Below are positions 26,240 through 35,644 of a stretch of 40,158 nucleotides of DNA, piece by piece. Position numbers and translations under genes: made by a program. Position 1 is the first letter of the stretch, and the number at the start of each line of letters is the position of its first letter. The stretch comes from Patescibacteria group bacterium. GTDB lineage: Bacteria > Patescibacteriota > Minisyncoccia > Moranbacterales > GWC2-37-73. The stretch covers positions 1-40,158 of the forward strand of contig DASVYU010000021.1 in the NCBI GenBank assembly GCA_036391995.1, given 5' to 3'. The notes beneath the pieces were generated by a model. It was given only the letters and a program-made list of their open reading frames with translations, made no database searches and was not told the DNA's origin.

Positions 26240-29017
26240 ATGAAAAAAAAGATAACACTGGAGATTTCCGGAATGCATTGCTCCTCATGTGAGCTGATCA
26301 CTAGGGAAGAATTGGGGGAAATGGAAGGCGTGAGTGAGATAATGATTGATCATCAAAACGGCACTGGAAGCGTCGTGATTGATGATGAAAAAACATGCAG
26401 TGAGCATGTGATTGCAGCAATAAAGAAGGCTGGCTATGAAGCTAAGGTGGTCAAGGAGGAATCTCTTAAGGAAACTACCGACGACATGCACCAGCTCAAA
26501 CAGGCAGTGCTGGGCATGGCCATTGACGTGAAAGAGCTCAAGAATGCCGTGCTTTCTTCCAGCCCGACTCAAACAAAAGTCAGTCCGACTGCTGCAAATG
26601 CGCCGACTACTGGAGATGCGAACAAAAGAGTGAGTTTGTCGCTTATCGGTATGCACTGCGCGTCTTGCGCCAACATTATTGAGCGCCAGCTCAAGAAGAC
26701 TCCGGGAGTTAAACAGGCTAATGTGAATTTTGCGGCTGAAAAGGCTTCCGTGGTTATGGATGAAAATGCGACAGATATCCAGAAATTGATCGATGCTGTT
26801 TCGCGTGCGGGATATAAAGCTGAAACGGTCGATGCCAAAGATACGGAATATGAAACAAGAAAGCGTGAAAAAGAAATAGCATCCTATTTCAACAAGTTTA
26901 TCTTCGGATTGGTTTTGAGTCTGCCGATGCTATATTTCATGCTGCTCGATTTCTTCAAATGGCTGCCTGGTGAAAAGACGCTGGCTCCATATGTCGGGGT
27001 GTTCTCATTGCTGCTGACCATTCCGGTGCAGTTTATTATTGGCGCAGGATTTTACAAGGGTGCTTGGGCATCATTCAAAATGAAGACGTTCAATATGGAT
27101 AGCTTGATCGCGATCGGAACATCGACAGCTTTCTTTTACAGTTTGTTCAATTTCGCTGCATATGCTGCCAAGAATGGTTCGCTTATAGGTTTGGATGGAA
27201 TGAAAATTCCCAATCTTTATTTTGAAACGGCAGCATATTTGATCACTTTCGTTGTGTTGGGAAAATGGCTGGAAATACGCACCAAAGGCAAGACATCTGA
27301 CGCGATCAAGAAGCTGATGGGATTGCAGGCCAAGACAGCGCGAGTTATCAGAAATGGACAGACACTGGATGTTGCGGTGGACGATGTTTTGCATGGTGAC
27401 ATCGTGATTGTGCGTCCAGGAGAAAAAGTTCCAGTGGATGGAAAAATTACCAAAGGATCTTCAGCTGTGGATGAATCTATGATTACGGGAGAGAGTATCC
27501 CTGTGGAGAAAAATGTCGGAGATTGTGTCATCGGGGGAACAGTCAATAAGACAGGAAGTTTTGAGTTCGAAGCGACCAAAATCGGAAGCGAAACTGCTTT
27601 GGCACAGATAATTCGCTTGATTGAAGAAGCTCAAGGATCCAAAGCGCCAATACAGAATTTTGCTGACAAAATTTCAGCGTGGTTTGTGCCAGTCGTTATT
27701 GGTTTGGCAATCATTACATTTGTGGTTTGGTATTTTGCTCTTGGTGAGACGCTGACATTTGCGCTTATGGCATTCACTTCGGTGATTGTGATTGCTTGTC
27801 CGTGCGCATTAGGGCTAGCTACTCCGACCTCGCTCATGGTTGGAACTGGCAAGGGCGCTGAATATGGAGTGCTGGTCAAAGGCGGGGAGGCTTTGGAGGC
27901 TGCTTCGCATATTGATGCAGTGGTGTTCGACAAAACCGGAACTCTTACGCATGGAAAACCTGAAGTTACGGATATCTTAGCTTTGAGTGATATGGACGAG
28001 GATGAGATATTGGCAGTTGCTGCCAGCTTGGAAAAGCTTTCAGAGCATCCATTGGCGGAAGCCATCTGCAATTATGCCGAAGAAGAGGATGTTGCGCTGG
28101 AAGAAGTCCACAATTTCAATTCGATCACTGGCCGAGGCGTGCAGGGCGATGTGAGTGGGGTGACATATTATGTTGGAACGCGCAAATTGATGATCGAGAC
28201 CCTTGGCTTGGATGTGAAAAAGATTGAACGCAAAATGGCTCGCTTGGAAGAGCAAGGGAAAACCGCAATGCTCTTGGCAACCAAAGAAGGATTGGTTGGA
28301 ATCATCGCAGTGGCTGACACGGTCAAAGAAACTTCGCGCGAAGCTGTGGAAAAACTCAAGAAAATGGGAATTGAAGTTTGGATGATCACGGGAGACAATA
28401 CTCGTACTGCCAAAGCGATCGCTTCGCAAGTCGGCATAACCAATGTGCTTTCGGAGGTTCTGCCCGAGGATAAAGCTAATGCAGTAAGGGCTTTGCAGGG
28501 AGAAAACATTTCTTCTATAAATGAAAATTGGAAATTGAAAATTGAAAATTTAGGAGCGAAGCGACGAGTGGCTATGGTTGGAGATGGCATCAATGATGCT
28601 CCAGCACTTGCTCAAGCCAATGTTGGCATAGCCATGGGAAGCGGCACGGATGTGGCTATGGAAGCAGGTGACATTGTGATTATGAAAAATGATCTCAACG
28701 ATGTTGTTACCAGCTTCCAATTATCCAAGGAGACAATGGGCAAGATCAAACAGAACATGTTCTTTGCTCTTTTCTACAATGTGATCGGTATTCCGATTGC
28801 AGCTCGCGTTTTCTTCGCATTCGGTTTGGTGCTTAAGCCGGAGTTGGCGGGACTAGCCATGGCCATGAGTTCCATTTCAGTGGTGGGAAATTCCTTGCTG
28901 CTTAAGTTGTTTAAGTCAAACAAGCGCAATTGGATTTCCATGGTGGCGCCGATTGTCATGATTGTTATGTTTACTTTGGGATTCATTATGTTTGCGCGTT
29001 TCAGTTCGCAGATGTAA
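26240..29017 (+). CDS. copA: Copper-translocating P1B-type ATPase
   Basis: Two N-terminal HMA domains (SGMHCSSCE; [10 protein letters not shown]), the CPC motif ([11 protein letters not shown]), DKTGTLT and GDGINDAP. An in-frame AT-rich repeat insert at about 28503-28556 encodes [18 protein letters not shown]. Confidence 0.9.
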   Translation: MKKKITLEISGMHCSSCELITREELGEMEGVSEIMIDHQNGTGSVVIDDEKTCSEHVIAAIKKAGYEAKVVKEESLKETTDDMHQLKQAVLGMAIDVKELKNAVLSSSPTQTKVSPTAANAPTTGDANKRVSLSLIGMHCASCANIIERQLKKTPGVKQANVNFAAEKASVVMDENATDIQKLIDAVSRAGYKAETVDAKDTEYETRKREKEIASYFNKFIFGLVLSLPMLYFMLLDFFKWLPGEKTLAPYVGVFSLLLTIPVQFIIGAGFYKGAWASFKMKTFNMDSLIAIGTSTAFFYSLFNFAAYAAKNGSLIGLDGMKIPNLYFETAAYLITFVVLGKWLEIRTKGKTSDAIKKLMGLQAKTARVIRNGQTLDVAVDDVLHGDIVIVRPGEKVPVDGKITKGSSAVDESMITGESIPVEKNVGDCVIGGTVNKTGSFEFEATKIGSETALAQIIRLIEEAQGSKAPIQNFADKISAWFVPVVIGLAIITFVVWYFALGETLTFALMAFTSVIVIACPCALGLATPTSLMVGTGKGAEYGVLVKGGEALEAASHIDAVVFDKTGTLTHGKPEVTDILALSDMDEDEILAVAASLEKLSEHPLAEAICNYAEEEDVALEEVHNFNSITGRGVQGDVSGVTYYVGTRKLMIETLGLDVKKIERKMARLEEQGKTAMLLATKEGLVGIIAVADTVKETSREAVEKLKKMGIEVWMITGDNTRTAKAIASQVGITNVLSEVLPEDKANAVRALQGENISSINENWKLKIENLGAKRRVAMVGDGINDAPALAQANVGIAMGSGTDVAMEAGDIVIMKNDLNDVVTSFQLSKETMGKIKQNMFFALFYNVIGIPIAARVFFAFGLVLKPELAGLAMAMSSISVVGNSLLLKLFKSNKRNWISMVAPIVMIVMFTLGFIMFARFSSQM

Positions 29018-29147
29018 TTCTTGTTCCTGAAAGATCAAGAAGTATGACGCAAATAGCAGCTCCCGCTGATTTGGAGGGTGCTGCTTTTGTGTTATAATGA
29101 AACAACGAATCGCAGTTTTTTATTTGCGGGATTGAAGTTGTCCTTCC

Positions 29148-32100
29148 ATGATCAAATTCAAAAAAAATAAAAACAAAAGAATAAGGTTTATTTTAGAACG
29201 AAAGCGAAATCTGACCGCTTTTGTGTTGGCATTTGCTTTTCTGTTTGCTTTGGGCGCTCATTTTCAGTTGATTTCCAGAATTTTCGCTTCCTCGGCAAGC
29301 TCTGTTACAAAAACGACAGACGTGGACTTTTCGCAGGGCGTTTTTTCTTCCACTGGAGTAAATGGGACCGGGGTTGGTGCAAATGTCCAGTTTTCTGGCA
29401 GCAGTTATCAAGATGCAATATTGGCTACCCCAACTGTTGTCTCTTATTGGAAAATGGATAATGATTGGACTGATAGCAAAGGTAGCAATAATGGAACGCC
29501 TGTTGGCGCAGGTTTCACTTCTCCGCTCATAGGGACTGGAGCCGGTAACTTCAATGGCAGTTCCAAAGTGAGCTTTGCAAACAGTGCCAGTATTAATTTT
29601 ACGGATGATTTTTCGGTTGAATTCGTAATAAAACCAGTTTCTGTGTCGGGAACTACTTCTGTATTGGACAAGGGTGATGGCGCCTCTGTTGCAGGTACGA
29701 GATACTCTGTTCTCATAGAGAACGGGAAAGTTCGATTTATTACGGAAACAGGTTCTACCCAAAACGACTTATATTCCACTCAGACCATTTCTGTTGGCCA
29801 GCAATATCACGTAGTTACCAGGAGAAAGGCTGGCGTTATGGAAATATTCATCAATGGTGTGAGCAGTGGAACGTTGAATGCTCCAGGAGTTTTAAATACG
29901 GAAAATAATCCTTTGGTGGTAGGAGTTTATCCTAATGGCAGCATGTATTATAACGGCGTGCTTGATGAGCTTGCCATGTATAGTTCAGCACTGGATAATG
30001 CCACAATAGCTGCACACGCCAGCTCAGCTAGTCAAGGCGGCGCGCCGATTTCTGGCACTTGGGAATCAGCAACCAATTCCAATGCCATTGAAACACTTGG
30101 CAATGTGGGTTGGGATAACACTGCTGCTCTTACAGCAGATCTGTCGAGCATGTCTGCGTCTGCAACAATCCAGTTTTCTGTGCGCACAGCTGACACAGCT
30201 GCAGGCTTGTCTAGTGCGGCATATTCGAATATCGGCAGTCCTGTCACAACAAACGGTACAACCACGTTTACTGCCAGTAATTTAGGCGCTGTTACTCCGC
30301 GCAGGTTTGTCCAAATCAAAGCGGTCTTTGCGCGTCCAAACGGCGTGACGGTATCGCCTCAACTCAATTCATTCACAATAAACTACAAGAAAGATGTCGT
30401 AGCTCCGGAAGTCAATCTTTCAAGCTTATCCATGAAGCGTACAAATGGGGGGGAGGCGGTGGTTTCCAATGGGTGGACTAATCAGAAATCACCGTATTTT
30501 TCTTGGAACAATGCAGTGGATTCCGAATCTGGTGTGAGAGGCTATTGCATGTATCTCGGAACAGATCCAGCTGGAAATCCGCTTTTATCTTCCGGTATGC
30601 TTTTGAACTCTCCTGTAGATGTGGCAATACTTAAAAAATCCGATGGTTCCCCCCAGTGCCAATTCGCTGTAAATGCGCAGCCTGGTGCAACTTCATCTTT
30701 TGATTTCGGATCAGGAATATATGGGACGAATGGTTTGGCGACATCCACAAACCCTTATTATCTGAATATCGTAGCTATTGATAATGGCAATAATGTAAAC
30801 ACCTCCTTGGTGCAATTCCAGTTTCGTTTTGATAACACTGCTCCTACTAATCCGGCCTACATAACTTTGCCTGGATATTATGTCTCTGATAAGAGCGCTT
30901 CCTTTACATGGCCAACAGGTGGGAACTCTGATTCGGCAAGCGATAATATTTCCGGTCTCAAGGGGTTTCAATACAAAATAGGCGATAACGGAACATGGTA
31001 TGGAAGTTTACATACTGGAAGTCAAGATGCAAGTGATCTTTTGAATCCTGCCGGAGGCATCTATACATTCCAGAATATTCCTGATTTTGCCAATATAAAC
31101 ATCGGATCTAACTATATTTATTTGAGGACTTGGGATAATGCCGGCAATGTCAGTACGCAATATGCTTCGAGTGTTCTTAAATATGATCCAAATCCGTTGT
31201 CTGCACCGCAGAACGTTTCGGCAACGCCATCTGATTCGCAGAGTAACTCCTATAGTTTTTCTTGGCAAGCCCCGGCTCAACTGTCTGGGGAGCATGATTT
31301 TGAACTCAGTTATTGTTATACGGTCAACGTGTTGCCTTCAGCTCAGACATGCTCGTTTACAACTGCAGGCGTGACTTCACTTTCAGCAGATGCTTTCGCT
31401 ACGCAGCCGGGAAAAAATACTTTTTATGTCACCGCAAAAACAAGCGGTGGCAAAATAAATTATGATAACTATGCCTCAGTTGATTTCACATATTCAGGAT
31501 CAGCTCCTGGTGTTCCACGTAATCCGGATATTTCGGATATTTCCATTAAAACCACTGCCAATTGGAAATTGGCTCTCACTTGGGATGAACCAAGTGATAA
31601 AGGCGCGGGCATAAACACATATAAGATTTTCCGCAGTGAGAATAATGTGCCTTGTCTTGGCAATTCCAGTGCTTATTCGGAAGTTGGTTCAACTTCTGGA
31701 ACTTCCTATGTTGATTCGGGATTGTCCCAAAAGAATTATTATTATTGCATACGGGCTTGCGACAGTGCCAATAGCTGCGGAGCCTCTTCTGCAACGGTTA
31801 CGAAATATCCGACAGGCAAATTCACTTCACCGGCTAACATTGTTTCGGGTCCTGATGTTACGGGTGTATCTACTCGCAAAGCCTCCATTTTTTGGTCTAC
31901 CGACAGAAGCAGTGATTCCAAGATTTCCTATGGTACGAAATCGGGAGAATATTATCATGAAGAGCCTTCTGTGGCGGATCAAACGACGGATCATGCCATT
32001 TCGCTTTCCAATCTTGATCCTGATACTGCTTATTATTATCGCGCCAAATGGACTGATGAAGATGGCAACACTGGATCTTCTGAAGAAAAGGCTTTCAAGA

Positions 32101-33065
32101 CCGACCCAGCCCCTACTGTGAAGGATGCAAGCGTGGATAGCGTCGGCATATCTTCAGCCGTAATCCACTTCAATGTCAAAGGAGCAGGCAAGGTTAAGGT
32201 TTATTATGGACAAAGCTCCCAATTCGGAGGTTCGAAGGAGGTCCAGACTTCATATTCGGGAGGTAATTACACTGTAGAACTGAAAGATCTGAATGATGAT
32301 ACTAAATATTATTACAGAATAAATGCTTTCGATGCTGATGGCAATGAATATGATGGAACGACTCTGGATTTCACGACGCTTCCGCGCCCTCGCATTTCCA
32401 ATGTGAAGATCCAGGATGTGCAAGATTCTGCTCAGTCGACGATAGAGATAGATTGGTCGACAAACACGGAAACATCATCCATTGTTTCTTATTATAGACA
32501 GGGTGATGCGGGAAGTGCTCGCAATCAGATGGATGCTGATTTCAAAGCAGGTGATCATACGATGAAGATCGCTGGACTTTTGGCTAAGACGCCATATGTT
32601 GTCGTTGTCAAAGGACGCGACAAGATTGGTAATGAAACTCAATCTGATCAATACACATTTACGACAGCAACTGACACGCGCCCGCCTTTGATTTCAAATC
32701 TGGATGTCGAAGGCATGATTTCCAAGGATGCACAATCAAAAGATAGCAGTGCTCAACTGGTCATCTCATGGGATACTGACGAACCTTCAACTTCACAAGT
32801 GGAATTTGGGGAAGGTTCCGGCGATAATTATTCCCAGCAAACCCAGGAAGACGGCAATCTGACATATAATCATATCGTAGTTATTTCAGGGCTCACGCCT
32901 TCCAAGGTGTATCATGTCCGAGCCCTTTCAAAAGATGATTCGAATAATATTGCTCGTTCTGTGGACACGGTAACGATCGCCCCTAAAGCGGTGGATAATG
33001 CGCTTGATCTGGTTGTTTCCAATCTGCAACAGATTTTCGGATTCATCGGCGGTCTTGGTAATTAA
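29148..33065 (+). CDS. Giant cell-surface protein: signal anchor, LamG/ConA-like domain, and multiple FN3 / purple-acid-phosphatase-N-like domains
   Basis: LamG-like block (FSVEFVIKPVSVSGTTSVLDKG ... GVLDELAMYSSALD). Repeated FN3-like units (SIFWSTDRSSDSKISYGTKSGEYYHEEPS...DPDTAYYYRAKWTDEDGN, etc.). Confidence 0.7.
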   Translation: MIKFKKNKNKRIRFILERKRNLTAFVLAFAFLFALGAHFQLISRIFASSASSVTKTTDVDFSQGVFSSTGVNGTGVGANVQFSGSSYQDAILATPTVVSYWKMDNDWTDSKGSNNGTPVGAGFTSPLIGTGAGNFNGSSKVSFANSASINFTDDFSVEFVIKPVSVSGTTSVLDKGDGASVAGTRYSVLIENGKVRFITETGSTQNDLYSTQTISVGQQYHVVTRRKAGVMEIFINGVSSGTLNAPGVLNTENNPLVVGVYPNGSMYYNGVLDELAMYSSALDNATIAAHASSASQGGAPISGTWESATNSNAIETLGNVGWDNTAALTADLSSMSASATIQFSVRTADTAAGLSSAAYSNIGSPVTTNGTTTFTASNLGAVTPRRFVQIKAVFARPNGVTVSPQLNSFTINYKKDVVAPEVNLSSLSMKRTNGGEAVVSNGWTNQKSPYFSWNNAVDSESGVRGYCMYLGTDPAGNPLLSSGMLLNSPVDVAILKKSDGSPQCQFAVNAQPGATSSFDFGSGIYGTNGLATSTNPYYLNIVAIDNGNNVNTSLVQFQFRFDNTAPTNPAYITLPGYYVSDKSASFTWPTGGNSDSASDNISGLKGFQYKIGDNGTWYGSLHTGSQDASDLLNPAGGIYTFQNIPDFANINIGSNYIYLRTWDNAGNVSTQYASSVLKYDPNPLSAPQNVSATPSDSQSNSYSFSWQAPAQLSGEHDFELSYCYTVNVLPSAQTCSFTTAGVTSLSADAFATQPGKNTFYVTAKTSGGKINYDNYASVDFTYSGSAPGVPRNPDISDISIKTTANWKLALTWDEPSDKGAGINTYKIFRSENNVPCLGNSSAYSEVGSTSGTSYVDSGLSQKNYYYCIRACDSANSCGASSATVTKYPTGKFTSPANIVSGPDVTGVSTRKASIFWSTDRSSDSKISYGTKSGEYYHEEPSVADQTTDHAISLSNLDPDTAYYYRAKWTDEDGNTGSSEEKAFKTDPAPTVKDASVDSVGISSAVIHFNVKGAGKVKVYYGQSSQFGGSKEVQTSYSGGNYTVELKDLNDDTKYYYRINAFDADGNEYDGTTLDFTTLPRPRISNVKIQDVQDSAQSTIEIDWSTNTETSSIVSYYRQGDAGSARNQMDADFKAGDHTMKIAGLLAKTPYVVVVKGRDKIGNETQSDQYTFTTATDTRPPLISNLDVEGMISKDAQSKDSSAQLVISWDTDEPSTSQVEFGEGSGDNYSQQTQEDGNLTYNHIVVISGLTPSKVYHVRALSKDDSNNIARSVDTVTIAPKAVDNALDLVVSNLQQIFGFIGGLGN

Positions 33066-33862
33066 TGAAAACAATGAGAAGCAGGAATACAAAAATAAAA
33101 CCGAAAATGCGCACCCTGATCGATGTGTGCAACGTGTTCAAATCATTTCAGGTGGGGGTGCAGAACATTCCGGTCTTGAAGGATGTTTCTTTTGAGGTGA
33201 AGGAAAGGGATTTTGTGATCATTCACGGTCCTTCTGGCTGTGGGAAATCGACTTTGCTCTACACCTTGCTGGGGCTGGAAGTGCCAACCGGCGGTTTTGT
33301 TTATTTTTTCGACACCGATTTTTATAAAGAAACAAACGAGGATCAGCGGGCCATGATGCGCAAAAAGCATATCGGGATGGTTTATCAGCAATCGAACTGG
33401 GTAAAATCACTGAATGTTTTGGATAATGTCGCATTGCCGCTCTTGCTTAAGGGAGCTTCCCAGCAGGAAGCCCGCATCCAAGCTGTCAAAATGCTGCAAG
33501 TGGTCCATATGGATCAATGGGCTTATTACCATCCAACGGAACTGTCCAGTGGGCAACAGCAGAAAGTAGCTGTTGCTAGGGCTTTAATTACCGACCCTGA
33601 CATTATTGTGGCAGATGAGCCGACGGGTAATCTTGATTACGAATCCGGCATGGACGTGCTGCATCTGCTCGGCGATTTGAATCACTTGGGAAAAGCTGTG
33701 GTGATGGTTACGCACGACTTGGAATATCTTAAATATGCCAAGACGATTGTGAAAATGAAAGACGGTCAGATTGTGGAGATTTACGACGAGTCTTCAAAGA
33801 GAAATGTTTCAGTGGAAGATCAATGCAAGAAATTGGAACGTTTCTGCGCTGTGAAAAAATAA
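33065..33862 (+). CDS. ABC transporter ATP-binding protein, MacB/LolD/FtsE type
   Basis: Walker A (GPSGCGKSTLL), signature LSSGQQQKVAVARAL, Walker B (IIVADEPTGNLD). The start may be internal (MRTLIDV at about 33107). Overlaps the preceding stop. Confidence 0.85.
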   Translation: MKTMRSRNTKIKPKMRTLIDVCNVFKSFQVGVQNIPVLKDVSFEVKERDFVIIHGPSGCGKSTLLYTLLGLEVPTGGFVYFFDTDFYKETNEDQRAMMRKKHIGMVYQQSNWVKSLNVLDNVALPLLLKGASQQEARIQAVKMLQVVHMDQWAYYHPTELSSGQQQKVAVARALITDPDIIVADEPTGNLDYESGMDVLHLLGDLNHLGKAVVMVTHDLEYLKYAKTIVKMKDGQIVEIYDESSKRNVSVEDQCKKLERFCAVKK

Positions 33863-33878
33863 TCGTAAAAATTCAATC

Positions 33879-35399
33879 ATGGACATCATCAAAAAAACAG
33901 AACCGCGACTGCGCAGAGATTTTTCGCCCAAACAGGAAAGTCGCTTGTTGAAATTTTTCAAGGCACCCTTTGTTTTTTTTAATGTTGTCATCTGGCACAC
34001 ATTGGGATTCACTTTGACGCTCTTTCTTTATTTGGCTGTGAATCTCGTTTATTTTGTCTTGGCAAAGCTGCTTTTCTTGAAAAAAACCGGTGCTGTTGTC
34101 CATGAAAAGGGCATGGCTTTTTGCAAGAGATTCTCTCTGATTTTTTTCCGATCCACAATCGAGTCGATCAGTCAGGTTGATTTGATAAATCTGGCAGTAT
34201 CTAATCTGCGCATCAAGAAGACAAGGACTTTTGTCACTGTGGGAGGTATGATGATGGGTATCGGCGCAATCGTTTTCTTGGTTTCCATCGGTTATGGCTT
34301 GCAGAATCTTGTGATTTCGCGCGTGGCTAAGTTGGAGGAAATGCGCCAAGCGGATGTGGTGATGCAAACAGGCAGGCAAGTGAAGATAACTGACAAGACA
34401 GTGGAGGATTTCAAGCAGATTTCAGGAGTGGATGCGGCTCTTCCTTTGATTTCCGTTGTGGGCAAAGTTAGTTTCAATAGCTCAGTGGCTGATATGGCTG
34501 TTTATGGAGTACCGGCCGATTATCTGAAAAATTCCGCGATCCATCCCACTAGTGGCGCATTATTTGACAGCAATGAGACAAGTCTGACCGACGTCCAGCC
34601 TGCAAGCAGTGGGGAGCGCCAAGCGGTGGTGAATAAGCCGATGCTCAGCATCTTGGGAATCCAAGAAGATGAAGCGATCGGCAAGACTTTTTCTGTTTCC
34701 TTTATTGCACCAAAAGAACTCCTGGATGATGATCAGGCCAAGATAGAATCCAGCCCGATGGAATATAAGATTGTGGGCGTCGTGCAAGAGGGGGCAATTC
34801 CCTTGTTCTATGTGCCGTTTTTGGATCTTCGCTCACTGGGAATATATAATTACTCGCAAATCAAAGTCGTGGCCAATTCGCAGCCCAGTCTGGATCTCGT
34901 ACGCAAGAAAATCGAAGCTATGGGCTATGTGACGCATTCGGTTGTGGACACTGTCAATCAGATCAATAATCTGTTCACGAACATGCGCCTGGGCTTGGCA
35001 TTGATCGGCATGATCGCTCTGGGAGTGGCTGCTTTGGGCATGTTCAATACATTGACAGTATCGCTCTTGGAAAGGACGCGCGAAGTTGGCCTTTTGAAAT
35101 CCATGGGCATGAGTTCTTCGGAAGTGCGCAAACTTTTCTTGACGGAATCAATGACAATGGGATTTTTCGGTGGAATCATGGGAATTCTGGCTGGCTATTT
35201 GGCTGGCAAAGGCGCTGGACTTATGCTGAGCATGATAGCGCTTACCAAAGGGGTTGGCATGGTAGACGTTTCTTCTGTCCCTTGGAAGCTATCGGTCAGT
35301 GTCGTGCTTCTTTCGGTGATTGTCGGATTTTTGACAGGACTTTATCCGGCTCGTCGCGCCACCCGCATCTCAGCACTGGACGCCCTGCGTTATGAATAG
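33879..35399 (+). CDS. ABC transporter permease, FtsX/MacB-like
   Basis: MacB-type N-terminus (NLRIKKTRTFVTVGGMMMGIGAIVFLVSIG), a periplasmic domain of about 200 aa, and a C-terminal FtsX domain (LGLALIGMIALGVAALGMFNTLTVSLLERTREVGLLKSMGMS). Confidence 0.75.
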   Translation: MDIIKKTEPRLRRDFSPKQESRLLKFFKAPFVFFNVVIWHTLGFTLTLFLYLAVNLVYFVLAKLLFLKKTGAVVHEKGMAFCKRFSLIFFRSTIESISQVDLINLAVSNLRIKKTRTFVTVGGMMMGIGAIVFLVSIGYGLQNLVISRVAKLEEMRQADVVMQTGRQVKITDKTVEDFKQISGVDAALPLISVVGKVSFNSSVADMAVYGVPADYLKNSAIHPTSGALFDSNETSLTDVQPASSGERQAVVNKPMLSILGIQEDEAIGKTFSVSFIAPKELLDDDQAKIESSPMEYKIVGVVQEGAIPLFYVPFLDLRSLGIYNYSQIKVVANSQPSLDLVRKKIEAMGYVTHSVVDTVNQINNLFTNMRLGLALIGMIALGVAALGMFNTLTVSLLERTREVGLLKSMGMSSSEVRKLFLTESMTMGFFGGIMGILAGYLAGKGAGLMLSMIALTKGVGMVDVSSVPWKLSVSVVLLSVIVGFLTGLYPARRATRISALDALRYE

Positions 35400-35423
35400 A
35401 AACCGTTCTTGTTTTTAGTCTTA

Positions 35424-35449
35424 AAAACAGAGCAGGGCTCTGTTTTTTT
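35424..35449 (+). terminator. Rho-independent terminator
   Basis: CAGAGC-agg-GCTCTG followed by T7. Confidence 0.6.
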
Positions 35450-35471
35450 GTTACGTAACATGTTACGTAAC
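35450..35471. promoter_or_regulatory. Tandem pair of the 10-bp perfect palindrome GTTACGTAAC
   Basis: gttacgtaac-at-gttacgtaac, immediately after the terminator and about 175 bp upstream of the second uvrA. Confidence 0.4.
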
Positions 35472-35644
35472 GACTGCAAATAGACTGTCTTTACTTTTCA
35501 GGTTTTTTCTGGTACCATGTGTTATTAGCAAATCATAAATCTGAATTTATAAGTCCTAAGTGTAATAGGTTTAAAAATACGGGCTTTCTCGGGTTTTGAA
35601 TTTATTTAGAAATTAGGATTTAGAAATTAGAAATTTTATTTATT

